Part shown: positions 12,801 through 26,255 of the stretch, in pieces
Layout: every line of letters begins with the position of its first letter
Numbering within the stretch: position 1 is the stretch's first letter
NCBI GenBank assembly: GCA_013265495.1
Contig: MU058781.1
Span: 7,669,009-7,733,008 of the forward strand
Length of the DNA stretch: 64,000 nucleotides
From: Vicugna vicugna
Lineage: Eukaryota
Reading direction: 5' to 3'
Translations under genes and position numbers: made by a program
Notes under the pieces: model-generated
Told to the model about the DNA's origin: nothing
What the model saw: the letters and a program-made list of their open reading frames with translations, nothing else
Databases searched by the model: none

Positions 12801-13367
12801 ACCAGCACGAACTCCCAGCTCCCCTTTAGTTCAACTGATCTTTGGTCAAAAACTACAAGTTGTGTACACCTTTTAAGTGCACCAGTATTTTAAATGGGAA
12901 ACAGGGGAGGTATCTGTCAGTTTGGAACATTGTTTCTTTATTTGGCTTTATCAATTTTCAGTTAGAGTCAAAAGAGCCTCCTGGCATTCCTGATACTGAA
13001 AAGCACTTAAAAAATTTAACATGAAATTTGAAAGACACTGGTGCAAAGACCAAATAAATAAAAGGCCACAAGAAGGACTGGACGCACCATTGTTTCTGCC
13101 GCACTGATGGTCTGCGTGCTTATCTGAACCACTTAAGATTTCAAGTCCTTAAGAGCCTGCTCACTACCCAAACGTGTGGACAAGCATCAATGCAAAACAG
13201 ATAGTCTACAGATAAAAAGTTTAGATTTTCTATAAAAGAAACAGAAGAAAGCAAGACAATTTAGCACAGGATAATTCCACTTTCCGAGAATGTCATTATC
13301 CTTTGTAGTTCTGGTGGTATGGTGAGTGTATCCGAAAACCTTCCTGTCAAAAAAATAGCATTTTCCT

Positions 13368-13970
13368 ATAGTATTAATTAGGTTCCAACTAAGAAAACAA
13401 ACCTATGCTAGATAATTCCAGGGGAGGAATGTAATAGTGGGAAATGTTGTCAGTGTTCTTAGAAGAGCTGATGGATCAACCAGGGAAGTGGGTGAATAGT
13501 AACCATGGTGAGGCCCCACCACCCACAGGGCTAGAGGGACGATGAGAGGGGTCATGTTAGCGGGGCCTCCGTGTTGACTGCAGCTCCCCACACATGTGCA
13601 CTGGGATGCTGCAGCCGAGATCCACAAGTGCTCTTATAAAACATGATTTCAAAGAAATCAAACTAATTATTCAACCAAGAATGTCAGGTTTTGCATCCAA
13701 ACAGTTCAGCTGGTGGGAGCTGGGAACACGAAGGGAGGAGCTGACTAGTGGGAGCTGAAGCCACTGTAAGACACAGAAGAGACTTCACCTGGCAGAGAGA
13801 AACAGGGAATGAATCTGATGCCTCCTTCCCTCTGACCCTCCCCTCTCCCACCAGTGCCTCCTGTTGTTAAGGAAGCAAGTTGGCCAAGAAGCCCTGAAAG
13901 TCGATGCAGGTTTCAGTGCCGGTGATACAGGGCAAAGGGCACAGGATGCATTTGAGAGCAAAGAGGCAAG
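13368..13970 (-). mobile_element. LTR33-like ERVL LTR interrupted by a ~140-bp non-LTR insert
   Basis: Reverse LTR33-like motifs: gtattaattaggttcc, ccacccacagggctagagggac, gggagctgaagccac, ctctcccaccagtgcctcc, ggatgcatttgagagcaaa. Confidence 0.65.
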
Positions 13971-15059
13971 GCCTGAAGTAAGCTCCTATCAGAACCAGAA
14001 CCTCATTAGGTTCTACAAGTAGGGAGGCAGGAGAATACAGCATTCAATGATGACATTAAAATGGACAACAAGTTATTTAATTCTTCCTAGCGGTCAACCA
14101 AAACAGTTCCTGAGAGTTTCAAGAAGTAAAAAAAAAAAATTAAGAAAGAAAGAAAAGGATTTTCATAAAGGAGACTCATTTTGCCAGTAAATGGCTAAAA
14201 CCAACCATTTTCAATGCCCTTATCAGGTAAGCTTATCAGAAAATACAGTCCCTGGTGTGAAGCTCACCAAGACAGTATCAACACAGAGCCCCCGACTCCC
14301 TGGCACGGCCCCGATGACTCCCGCGGGCTGAGCTGGAGCTCAGTGCGGTTGCCAGGACACGTGATTTGGGATGCTGAGAACCATGCCTGCACTTGTTTAA
14401 AACATGATTTCAAAGTAAAACTAGGTTTTTCAAACAAGTATGTCAGAATTTACATCCAAATAGGTTTTCTTCTTTAATTCCTCTGACAAATTTAAACACT
14501 GTAACAAAACGAAACAAAACAAAATCTTCCCAACAGTGTGCACATGAAGGACAGGATATCCCTGGAGGTACATTAGATTCTACTCTGCATTCTTATATGC
14601 CTCTGTTTTTTAAAGACATTCTAAACTGTGGGATTCTGTGTTGCTTTGCTTTGTTTTGGCCAAGAACCTCCTACTCATTTCTCTGCGTTACTTCTCCACG
14701 CACAGACGAGGAAGAGTTTACATGACAGACTAAAGGTAAAGAAACGTGGCAAAAGTGCCTTGGTGTGAGCTTGGACTTTCTAAGCCCTCGGCGAAGGTAA
14801 TCACTCAGGCTTCACACCTAGTCCCTGATTTCCTGGGCTGATGCTACACTGGCTCTGGCAGTGGTTTTAAACTGAAATCCTAGAAGCTCCTACAAAGTAC
14901 AACATAGGGTTTGAAGGGAATGAGAGGCAGGGGGTGAGCAAGGGGCGGGGGACTCTCTGCCTTCCACTCCCACCCCAGTCACAGCGGTGTCACTGATTAG
15001 AGCGTGGACATCCTGGTGGCAGGCTTTCTACACCGTTCATCCCATCCGCTGCGGGCCTC

Positions 15060-15552
15060 TCATTCTGCAAGGGGAGGCATGGATTCTACTTCCTGATTAG
15101 TCCTACAGCCAATCACATCACCTCAAAGTCCCTTTTACTAACTGGTTCAGGGGCTGAGGCAGAAGCCAGTCAGCGGCTGCCATCCTCTTGCAGCGATGTG
15201 CACCTGGTGGGCTCACGGAGACCACGGGGAAGGGAATTAACTCCATGTTGGGAGAGAAATGATTTCTCCCACCAGCTGTGAACAAGGGAAAACTGCAGCC
15301 TGGGTGCACAGCGGTTACGTCATGACTGCTGGGGGACCACCTTTGGGCTTCCGTGGCCCTGGCACTGCTAGGGCAGACAGAAGGGAAGACCTGGCTCCTT
15401 CACGAAATTACTGAACAACGGACTGAACCAGCCCGAACGCTCACTCTGACATTGGGACGCCTTCTGACAGAGGTAACAATTTCCCTATCGTTGAAGCCTG
15501 TCTGTTGAGTTGGCTCTCCCGTCACCTATAGCAGGAATCGTTGTTAACTGAC
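15060..15552 (+). mobile_element. MLT1J-like MaLR LTR
   Basis: cctgattagtcctacagccaatca...actggttcagggg, and 3' end tttccctatcgttgaagcc...ttaactgaca. Confidence 0.6.
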
Positions 15553-17132
15553 ATGGTTCCACCTTTAAAAGGATTGAAAAACACTGCCCAAGTGAAACGT
15601 CTAAAAAAAGCTTCACATTTCAGATGGACATTTTAACCAATTTTTTCTCTAATTCTAAATAAGATTTTAACATTTCTGGATTTTAATACAGTGAGTTCTC
15701 ACATTCAGAAGTCCTCTTGTTTCAAAGGGGCCGTCTCGCTCCACAGCATACGGCTGTACAAATGCCCTCTGAAGGTAACCTGTGTAGCCAGGAAGGGTCT
15801 TGGTGTTGTTTTCCACTTTCACATCTTCTATTTCCTGTTCCCCCCATGACACCCCACCCCCCACCTTCAATCCATCACTGTCTTCACCTTGTCCCCGGGC
15901 TGCCAAGGAGCCTGGTCAGCGCCCCGCTGGGTCGGTGCTCTTTCGATACAAGTCTTGCTATTCCTGTATCTCAGTCCTCACCCTGCACTCAGTCACCCTG
16001 TGATGCGCTTGTCAAGCTGGCTGACTGGAGTCACTGATGAATCAGTTCATGCTGAGGTCTTTGTGGCCAATAAAGGCAACAGAAATTTTCCTTTGGGACC
16101 AAGGTGCCTCGCCTACAACAGAAGACCTGTAAATACTGGCTGGCTCAGTAGAAGGGCTAGTGAAATGAATACATGATTCCATCTCTAGTGTATTGACGGT
16201 GGGTGAGAGAGCTCTTCAAATGTTACATCATAACCCCTACAGATGAATCTACATAGAATCATGGACCCAGTGGCCAGCCTCTGGACGTGTTTGCGAAGAG
16301 GCCCCTTTCTCGGGGCTATTTGGATCACAGCATTTACTTAACCACATACTTCATCTCACACTGAACCCACCTAGGTGGCAAAAGTGTTCATAATTTTTTT
16401 AAAAAGGTCTGAGTGCGGGAGACAGGTGTTGGGGAACCCACCCTCAACGTGAGCGTGAACGCCGTCCAACACTCAAAGAGCTGCTCTCGCGTCCCCGCTG
16501 GGCCTGGCAGCCGGCCCTGCCCACCCCCTCTCCACTCTGTGCCGCCTCATGTTTACACAGTGAAAATGAAACTGTTGCCAGTGTTAACACAGCATAATTT
16601 ATAAGCCGAGAAGAGAACTCGGCATGCGTTCCCTTTTCAAGTGAAACAGACTGTTATTTTCAGAACCAACTGAAGGGTGGAGACATTTCTTGGAAACCAA
16701 GGCAACTGCTGATTCCCCAGATCCCTTCTGCCTCACAGGATCCCCTCTCACAAGGCAGGCGGGACCAACTCACAGAAAAGCTCAGTCTACAAACCCCCTC
16801 CCTGAATTATAGAAGGCAGATTTATCTGATGCGGCCATTTCTTTCAGGCTTCAAAAAGTCACTTGGACCTCCAGTCCATCCGAAAGGGGCTCAGGGGCTT
16901 GAGATCAGAGACCTGGCTTATGAGAGAGAGCCACAGCCCAGAACCCATGTCTTACAAGCAGGTATGACTTCAGGGAGACCACAGAGCCAGACCTTGTCTC
17001 AGAAACTGGATATTCGGCACAGAATCCTAATCCCCAAATCTATGCCTCTGGATTCTGTAAAACTTGCCTGTATCTCTATCATTTCCATCTTCCTTTGCTT
17101 CTAACATAGAACCTGAGGTTACTTAACTGAAA

Positions 17133-17171
17133 ACACACACACACTCTCTCTCTCACACACACACACACACA
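17133..17171. repeat. Compound (CA)n(CT)n(CA)n microsatellite
   Basis: Direct observation. Confidence 0.9.
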
Positions 17172-20104
17172 TATTCAAATTCTCGGACCAATCCTAAGGC
17201 GATTGGAGGAGGGCAGTTGCCAACCAGTGTCGAATCTACTTTGCTGGTCCCATCCTAAATTTGGTAGCTAGGCCTCTCCAGAATTGGGTTTCTGTCTTCT
17301 CTCTGGGTTCCACAGTGATTTTGCCCTTTTTGAGATCACACTCCTACTCGCCTGCCCTTGGAATCCTGTGCTCAGCTCTGGCCTGGCCCCATGCTGTCTG
17401 AGTAACAACTAAACACCAGTTTTAATAGAGTGTTGAGCCCTCCCTCCCCCTTGGGACATGGTGCCCAGGGTCAGAATGGGTCAGCCACGCTGATTACCCT
17501 GCTCATCCTCACCATTAGGAGACAGAGCCACGGCATTCAGCGTAAGGACAGGCACTCAGGAATAAAGGAGGAGGGTTGCTAACGCTGGGGAGGAGCGTGG
17601 TAACGACCTACATCACATCCCACTTTGACGGCTTCAACCTTCACAACCCTGTATGATGAACTTGGCCTTGGACACAGATCCAACCTGGTGCTAGAAAAGC
17701 AGGAAATGGGGCCTCCATGGCTGCAACTTCGTGCTCTTTTGGGTTCCTCTGTGTCTGGGGGACTGCCTTACACCAATTTGTTCCCATTTCCATTGCTAAA
17801 CCACACTTACGTCTTTAGAGTAAAACATTGTATCTCCTATTGTCCTATTAAATTTTTAAAATTCTCGAGCTATAAGCTGCCAATCCATCGATACCTTACT
17901 GGAAACCATTCATTCAGTAAGTATTTACTGCCATTATTTTCCAGTGTAATATGTAGATGAGAAAGAATGGGACCCGGGACTGATACATTTGTACTGCAGA
18001 AGAGAAGTAAGTAATAAAGAAACAAACTTCCCTCTTTGAGTTTTCTGCTGCTAGAGAGGATATCATAGAGACTTACATGGGATGAAGGGCTAGGCATATC
18101 CTCTGAGATTCTCTCAGCTGGAGCATCACCAGGAGACAGAATGATCCCAAACAGATAAAGGTAAAGAGAGAGAGTAAACTCCCAGCTCTCTGGGGCAAGT
18201 GACCATCTCCATGTTCCCTATATTTGCCAAATACCCAGCTCATCCCAACCTCCTTTCTACTAGGAAATCTGTTAACCCAAACCGACATAAGCATGAAGGC
18301 ATTTGTGTCATGAGTCTTGAAGTTAGTGTTATAGTTAGTTAAAGAAAGCTGTGTGGAAACGATTTTGATTTTCCCAATCACACCAAGTAGAATTAAGGTA
18401 ATCCCTCTTTAACATGAGCTTTCCAAGAACAGGCATGGAGACAGAAGAACTGACAATGAAAGTCCAAAGCACAGGTGAAACAAAGCCCCCCGAGGTAATC
18501 CACGGCTTAAGCAAGCCTTGTTTACATAAATTTTAAAAACAAAAAACAAAAGCAAAGACATGCAGGTGCACGGCTTTGGTAAAGAACTCAGGTCATGTTC
18601 TCTTCTTATCTCGTGCTGTTACTTCTCCATCCCTGTTCCTCTGAATCTGCCCTTCTTTAAGCAAGGACATCCTGACAGCGCAGGGAAGATGAGTCCTCCT
18701 CACCGTCTCCCAGCCACATGGGTTTCCCTGGCATCACTGTTGTTCTGTTACTTCACGCCCTCAGTGTCCCAAAGACTTACAGTTTTTTTCTGCTTTTTAA
18801 AGCCATATGGTGGCAAGAGTCCACAGGCTCTTGTCTGAAATGGATCCCACAGGCAGGGGTCCTTTAAGGTAATACTTCAGGTAAATGGTGGGTGAATTTA
18901 AAACTAAAAGGAGTCTTCGCTTTTTTATTAAATGTTCCAGTTGACATACCTCAGCAAGACCTCTCTCATCAGCCAAGTAAAAACAATCCGAACAAAACAT
19001 TTTTCTTTTGGTACCCAACACAAACACGATAGATAAACTTTAAAATGTCAGACTCCATCTTAAAGGCATTCTAGGCCAATACTCTTCTATCATTAATTAA
19101 ACCATGGGGACAAAGATCAGAATAACCTTGTCCATCTCCGTACAAGAGGCAGGCCTGTGTTCTGGCTGCTATATGTATTTGTCCCTCCAAAAACCCAAAC
19201 TTAAAGTTTTTAACCCTCTTTTTAGATAGTTTTTAATAAAATGTCTATTTGGCCTTTATAAAGACATGAGTAAGCATTTAAGTAGAATAATAGTTCTGAC
19301 TCTTAAAATTATAAATAATATTATATACAAAACCAATACATAGTTACATATTAGCATAATTCTGCTGCATCCAGATACCTTACTAGCCTTAACCATCCAA
19401 AACAAATAACTAGGAACCACCTTGCATTCTCAGTGGTTCGAGTTTGGGTGCACAACAACAGAACGACAGTACTTGTTAAGTGGCCTCCGGTAGATGGTGT
19501 GGTCCTAGGAAGCATCCACAAATCACAGACAGGCTTCTTTGTCTGGGTGTCTTATACCCTAGAGGCCCCCACGTTCCGTTCCTTCACATATAAATGAGAG
19601 ATGTCCTGACTCCTGGGGGTTTTATGACGTAACTAGTGAATATTCGAAAATACATTCAGATTCACATTAGAATGAGCCAACGCTAAGTCCCCGCAGGGAG
19701 GAAAGGCAACCCTGCCCTTCTTTCAGGAACAGTTCAAAAGGCAGAAGTGAAAAGCTTCTCTAAGCCCAATAAATTAGTCACACATTAAGGTCTAATCATT
19801 TCTGCTCTTTGCAAGTATCTCAGGAGATATCTGGATGTTGAACAGTTAGAAGGTTCTAGATATTACCGACTCCCCACTTATCTCTGTTAACAACAGTGTA
19901 AACCTTCATGAGTCCATGATGACACCAGACTCAGAAGCAATCACCATCCTCTTTCTCACCATCTCAAAGATTAAACTACGTATTTGCAAGACCTTCACCC
20001 CAATACAGCTGGGTGACATGAAAAAGGGCTGGGAGTTTAAGAAAGACTAAAGAGAAATGATAAGAAAATGTCATGCTTAATTCCTTACTAGAGTTGTTTT
20101 TTTT

Positions 20105-20505
20105 TTTAAAGATATAATGGCATATATTGAGATGATTGGGGAAAACTTAATGTGGATTATTTATTAGCTAATCATGTTGTACAAATTCTAAATCCCTGAG
20201 TGTGACCATTGTATTTGGTTATGACGGAAAAATGCCCTTGTTTTCAGATAGATGCTGAAGTAGTGACAGACAAAGGGTCATCATGTGTGCAACTAATTTC
20301 AAATGACTCCAGAAAAAAAGTAAAGACAGGTGAAAGATGGATGGATGGATGGATAGATAGACAGACATAAAGAAAAGGTGGTAAAGTGTTAACAACTGGT
20401 GATTTCCAAGACAAATGTGAAGGTAACGATAGACAGCTGCTCTTCACACTTTTCTTGGAAATTTCTCTGTAGGTCTGAAGTTTTTTAAATAAAAAGAGTT
20501 AGGGG
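20105..20505 (+). mobile_element. Ancient L1 (L1MC/L1ME-type) 3' end with internal (GATG)n
   Basis: aatgcccttgttttcagatagatgctgaagta, aaagtgttaacaactggtga, tttctctgtaggtctgaagttttttaaataaaaag. Confidence 0.7.
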
Positions 20506-20960
20506 AAAACTGAAAAGCCACCCCAGATGAGGGAGGAAGGGTGGGAGGTACAGATGAAAAAGTACTGATTGTGTGTCAATGACTGATGATAGTGATTAAT
20601 GCAAAGTTCGTCAAACTACTCCTTCTTCCACTTCCATATATTTCAGAAGTTCCTATAATAAAAGTGGTTTTTCTTTGCTAGAGCAGGAATAGTCCCTCTT
20701 CACCCTATCTCTTAGTTTTCCTTCATGCTCTGTTTGGATCAGAGCCTCTCTCTACTTTAAATAGCCAGAAAACCAACCACAATCACAGCCTCATTTTGTG
20801 GCAGGCCAGTGGACTCCAAATTGAGGTGATCCTTGTGTTGACAGCAACTAAATAATGTCTGTTCCCCGAACTCGGTATTTACATGGCATTGGCTTCATGT
20901 GATGCTAGGGACTTGAAGGAGAGGACAGATGTAAGAACAGCAATGTAAAAGAAAGCCTTT

Positions 20961-21406
20961 GTGGAAATAACCCAACTGTCCATGGATGGATGAGTGGATA
21001 AACAAAATGTGGTACATCCATATAATGGAATATTGCTCAGCCTTTAAAAGGGAGGAAATTCTGACACATCCCCCAACAAGGATGAACCCTGAAAACATGC
21101 TGAGTGACATAAGCCAGTCACAAAAGGACAAATAGCGTATGGTTCTACCCATATGAGGTACTTAGAATAGTCAGATTCACCGAGACAGAAAGTAGAATGG
21201 TGGTTGCCAGGGTCTAGAGAGAAGGGGGAGTGGGGAATTATTGTTTAATGAGATAGAATTCCAGTTTGGGAAGACAAAAAGAGGCCTGCAGATGGATGAT
21301 GGTGATGGTTGCACAAGTTGAATGGACTTAATGCCAGCCATTAAACCGTACACTCAGAAATGCTTAAAATGGTAAACATTTTATATTATGCACAGTTTAC
21401 CACAAC
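20961..21406 (+). mobile_element. L1MB-type LINE-1 3' end
   Basis: tggataaacaaaatgtggtacatccata...ataagccagtcacaaaaggacaaata...gagacagaaagtagaatggtggttgccagg...ttaaaatggtaaa. Confidence 0.9.
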
Positions 21407-21812
21407 AGGAAGGCTGGAAGGAAGATGGAAGAAAGAAAGACAGGCGTCAGACCTCTATCCTTACAGGTCTTGGAAGTGGCGAAGTATCCCTCAGTACCTG
21501 CAATGTCCGTGGGTAAAAATGTTGTGTTTCCCATGAGTGTGTAAATTGCAGGCAGTGGTAGGAATTCTCACACTCACTCACACACCCAAACCTGGGGCCA
21601 GGAGGACGTGAGTTTCCTGACACCAGAAGCGTGGCTGCCCTGTTCGCCAGTAGCTGACGTGGGGCGAGGGGCGAGGGGCAGTTTCCTGGTGGTGCTTCTT
21701 GTAATACCTTGTCCGCGCTTGTAACCAGCAGGGCTGGGATGAAAGGATTCTGGCTTCAGAGCAGAATCGTCACACTTTAAATTAAATCAGATCCCCGCTG
21801 TGAGCCACTTAC

Positions 21813-22100
21813 TCCCTTTCTTCCCCACAGCCAGGGAAATAATTCAGAGGTTTCTCTGCGTGGTTAGCAGCATGAGTGACCTTCAGTCTTTCCACTTAAA
21901 ATCGATTCAAGATGATCACACTGGCTTAAATAAAAGTCTCCATCCCACTTGCCGTCTCTCCTCCTCTTCCCTTTCTCTGTCCCTCTTACCTCCTGTTTCT
22001 GTCTTTGTCTTTGTCTCCCTCTCTCCCTCTCTCTCTCTCTCTCTCTCACACACAGGCACCCTAGCATTTCTCTCACGCGCATGCGCATGAAGAGTTGCTA
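21813..22100 (-). promoter_or_regulatory. Candidate alternative promoter / first exon (minus strand)
   Basis: Donor GGA|gtaagt (plus acttac at 21807-21812), a GA-rich leader from the (CT)n tract at 21955-22047, and a perfect NRF1 palindrome GCGCATGCGC at 22077-22086. The 5' boundary is a guess. Confidence 0.4.
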
Positions 22101-23569
22101 AACCCACCTCAAAACGTACAGCATCGCCCTTCCACCTGGCTCAGAACTGACAGCAAGATTTTCACCTCCTCACTCTCCTTTCTCCTGTCTGATGGGCAGC
22201 GAACCAGATGGCTGTTCCCCAGCCTCCCAGCATGAGTTTGACTGACGGGGCCTTTGATAAACCTCTGAAGAATGAAGTCATCTCCAGGTCACCACTGCTG
22301 CCTGGCCTTCCACACCCCACGCAGACCACATTACCTGCTGAACAGGAGACAAAGGAAATGAGCCCGCTTCCCCCGCATCCCCGTTCCTTCCAGGCTGGTT
22401 TAAACAAGGAAGCAGTGAGATGCCCTTCACTTTCCTCCAAAAGGTGTAAATGTCAGCTGTTCAAAAATGCAAACAGGAGGCTTCCCGATGTTAACGGCTG
22501 GGTTTCTCTGTGAGAGATGAGGAGTGGAAAGTGCCTTTTATTCACTGCCTTTGAAGAAAGACTTAACAAGCTTCTGAACAACTTCCTTAACCAGCATCCT
22601 TCAGTCTAGTCCTTAAGCCTTCAGGTTTCAGCTGGAAAGGGAAGATGGCGCTGAGGCTTTAGTTCCAAACTTTAACAGCAGAGAATCAAAGAACCTGGAG
22701 AGATAAGTGAAAAGTTTCCTACCATCTTAACCCCACAGTTGAAAAAGTAGAAAATGGCTCCTTCTCTCTTTTCCCAAAACATTTTTCCCCCAGAAAATAA
22801 ATGCTTAACTGTTAGCAGAGCTAAAAATGAGCTGTGGGGACCATGGGCCCCTCTGGATTTGAGTTTCAAGGAGATTGTGGCTCATGGTCTCCCGCCATGT
22901 TGCAAAGGCGGGTGTAGGGGGGTGTGTGTGGGGGGGTGTGCTCTTGTTGTTTGTTGCTATGGGCGGATACTCTAGATTTAGCTGGAAAATGGAAAATTAT
23001 GATGGACGGGCTAATCAATGGGAAGAAATTGGTTTCACAATTCCACAGTCGCTTTAAGTATCAGGGGCCACAGCACATTTTCTTTAGATGACAGCCTGTA
23101 CTTCTAAGAACGCCCTGTTTGCTGCTGTCATCACCCAGGTTACGATACTTTAAAAGTGCTGGTTCTGCAAAACAGCCAGAGAATTGCAATAAAAGAGCAG
23201 GTTATCAGAGAAATCATGGTGATCCAGATACAGCAATGACTCAGTCAACACACACTTGTTAGACATCAGAGTCAGACACTGCATTAGGTCCTTCCGGTGG
23301 GACTAACCTAGAGGCACAGCCCCTGAACGGAGTTTACAGTCTAGAAATGGAGACATGAGTGAGACCAGAGTTCATTCCTACAGGCCGGGTAGGACTTTCG
23401 TAAGTGGAAACACAAGAGAAGGCCCTCCCAGAAAGGAACAAAAGCCTGGACAAGAAGGAGCTGGATGCTGAGGGGTTTCTTTGGAATAGGGAGCACTTCT
23501 ATGAAAGAAAGTAAGAATCAAATTGTTGATGGGTTAGATCGTCCAGCTGAGGAGTTTACACTTGCTCCC

Positions 23570-23935
23570 TCTATTAGTCAGCAGGGCCTGCCATGACAAA
23601 ACACCGCGGACTGGGTGACTTCAGCAACAGACATTTCTCACAGGTCTAGAGGCTAAAAGTGCATAATCAAGATGTTAGTCGGTCTGGTTTCTCCTGAGGA
23701 CTCTCTCCTGAGCCTGCAGACAGCTGTCTTCTCTCCCTGTGCCCTCGCATGGCGTTTCCTCCGCACACGTGCATCCCTCCTGTCTCTCTGTCTTCTTGCA
23801 AGGGCACCAGCCCTGTTAGATTAGGACCCCACGCTTATGACATCATTTAGCCGTTAATTACCATCTTAAAGGTCCCCTCTCCAAATACAGTCTACTGGGG
23901 GTTAGGGCTTCAACATATGAATTTGGGGGAGGGGA
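23570..23935 (-). mobile_element. MLT1A-type MaLR LTR (inside a degraded L2 fragment)
   Basis: tattagtc...gccatgacaaaacacc...atttctcacag...tctccaaatacagtc...ggttagggcttcaacatatgaatttgggg. Confidence 0.9.
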
Positions 23936-24979
23936 GGCAATGAGAAGGCAAGCGATGAAACAGGGGGAGCCACAAGATGAAAAGTTGCTTTAGAACTACA
24001 AGCCGATCAGGGAAGAGAGGGGCCAAAAACAGACAATTTAGGAGGCTGTTACAATGAGCAACAGGTAAAATGGACAAGGCCTGAATTGATGTTGGGACTA
24101 AAAAGAACTGGAAGCAAAATAAAAGCATTAAAGAAAAGTTAATAGGACTTGATGACTGATTAGCTACGGTGAGCAAGAGAGAAGAGAGATGACTTTGGGT
24201 TATGAATTCTGAGAGACTGGGCGAACGGTGACCTATGAAGTAGGGACGTAGAGGATACTGCTCCCAGCAGACAGAGTGGAAAGGTCCTATGTTCTGAAGT
24301 CACATTGCATCTGCACATAGCACATTAAACACCTAAACTTTGTCACCTTTAGATGTGTGACTTTAGCAATTCAGTTAACCCTCTTGGGCTTCAATTTCCT
24401 CTTGCATGAACCTGGGGCGACAGAACCAACTTCACTGGATGGTTTATATTTTATATTTCATAGGTGAAAGGATGTCACCTAATTCAACTATGAGACAGAA
24501 TTCAGAAGCACCCTGGTAGGCTGCAGAAGGAGCTTAAGAACAGCACAGCATCAGATTTCAGTAAGACTCTTTCAGGTCAAAGAGCACAGAGTAAACAAGA
24601 CGTAGGGAAAGCATTACAGACGTCAGAGTCACGCTGCGCCACGCGGTGGGCACAGAAGCCGTGATGCGGCTTTAACCAACAGGAAAGCTGGCCTGAGCGA
24701 GGGTACACTCGACAGGAGGGCAGCGGTGGAGAACCCTGAAATAGTTCTCTGCATGGGCAGGAAGCATTTTTTAAAAGCTGAACAGCATAAAACAGTTGGC
24801 TGAAGGGGGAGACTGAATCACCTCACACAGACCAACAAAAGGTTGTTATTTGGAAAACAGCATTTATCCTCCACCTCCACAGAAGGCATGATTAGGGGGA
24901 AGAATGGACTCAAAGCCAAGTGGAAGGAGTAGAAATGATCTCTGAGGAAGATCCCTGACAACAGGTGGCTAAGCTTACG

Positions 24980-25343
24980 TTACAGGCTGAATTGTGCACA
25001 CTCCACCATTCACATGCTGAAGACCCAAACCCCTCAGGGACTCAGAATGGGACAATATTTGGAAACAGGGTCTTTACAGAGGTGATGAGGTCAAAGGAGA
25101 TCATTACTCTGGGCCCTAATCCAGTATGACTGGCGCACTTACAAGAAGAGGAGACAGGACACACAGAGGGACACCAGGGAGGCGCGCACAGACGGAGAAG
25201 AGATGGTACCAGGACACAGCTAGGAGGCAGCACCAGCCGTCGACAGGCCAAGGAGAGAGGCTTCAGAAGAAACCAGCCCTGCTGGCCTCCAGGACATTTC
25301 TGCTGTTGGAACCACCCGGCCCGCGGTACTTTGTTCAGGCAGC
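24980..25343 (+). mobile_element. MLT1A-type MaLR LTR, main part (terminal 17 bp displaced to 30510-30526)
   Basis: ggctgaattgtg...tatttggaaacagggtctttacagagg...gggccctaatccagtatgactgg...ggtactttgttcaggcagc. The terminus cctaacaaactaataca resumes after the ERV. Confidence 0.9.
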
Positions 25344-26255
25344 TGATGGGGTTCAGGACACACTATCCCAACATACGGTGTCGTCATGTTGAGTATTTTA
25401 AGCTAAAGGAGTTCTGAGAAAACTTCTGACCTTCCCCACCTCCCCACTTCTCCCTGGAAACAGGTTATAAAGCCCTTAAGTGAGAGGAGCCTTCCCTGTA
25501 CCCTTACCTGCAAAGGCAGAGGGATGCCAAGAAGAATCCAAACACACAGCCCTTCCTAAGTTCCCCCAGTTTACTACCTGGCCTCGTACCCTTTGTCCAT
25601 CATCTTCCTCCATCACTGTCCAACTCTCTGTCAAACCTAGTGTAACAATACACGGGTCTATTTCTTTGAGTCTTCATTTCTTTATGAAGGCTCCCACGTC
25701 ACATAAAACTTATAAGAAAGAGATTTAAATGCTTTTCTCCTGTTAATCTCTTTGTCAGTTTAGTTTTCCGACCCAGCCAGGGACCCTAGGAGGGTCAAGG
25801 CAAACTTTTTCCTCCCCTACAGTTTCTGGCACCTGCACGCAGGACACCACAAGCAGGGGACACCTTGCTCAGCCTGGAAGCTGCAGTTAAGAGGTCTTGG
25901 ACCTCTGACAACAGCTGGCAGAAGATAAGAATTCTTACCACATCAGACTCTCTGATCTCTGCCTGTGGGGATCAGTCCAGCAAAGATGGTGAGAGTCTTT
26001 TCCTTTCAAAATTCAGCTTAGCGGAAGAAAAATATTTGTCTGATAATCAGCTCTTTGGATTGTGACTCTTTAAAATTTGTTTTGGGGGTACCCTTGATTA
26101 CTGAGCCTCAGCCTTCCAAGAACGGTTATTTCCTTCCTGGTTGCTCCTTGTTTTGTGTTCTTGGCTGGCATTTTCACCTGTCAGGGTGCACAAGTGTTGA
26201 TTCTCTTGTGTGCCACTGGCCAACTGTCAGAATGAAGACCCCCAAAATATGGCTA

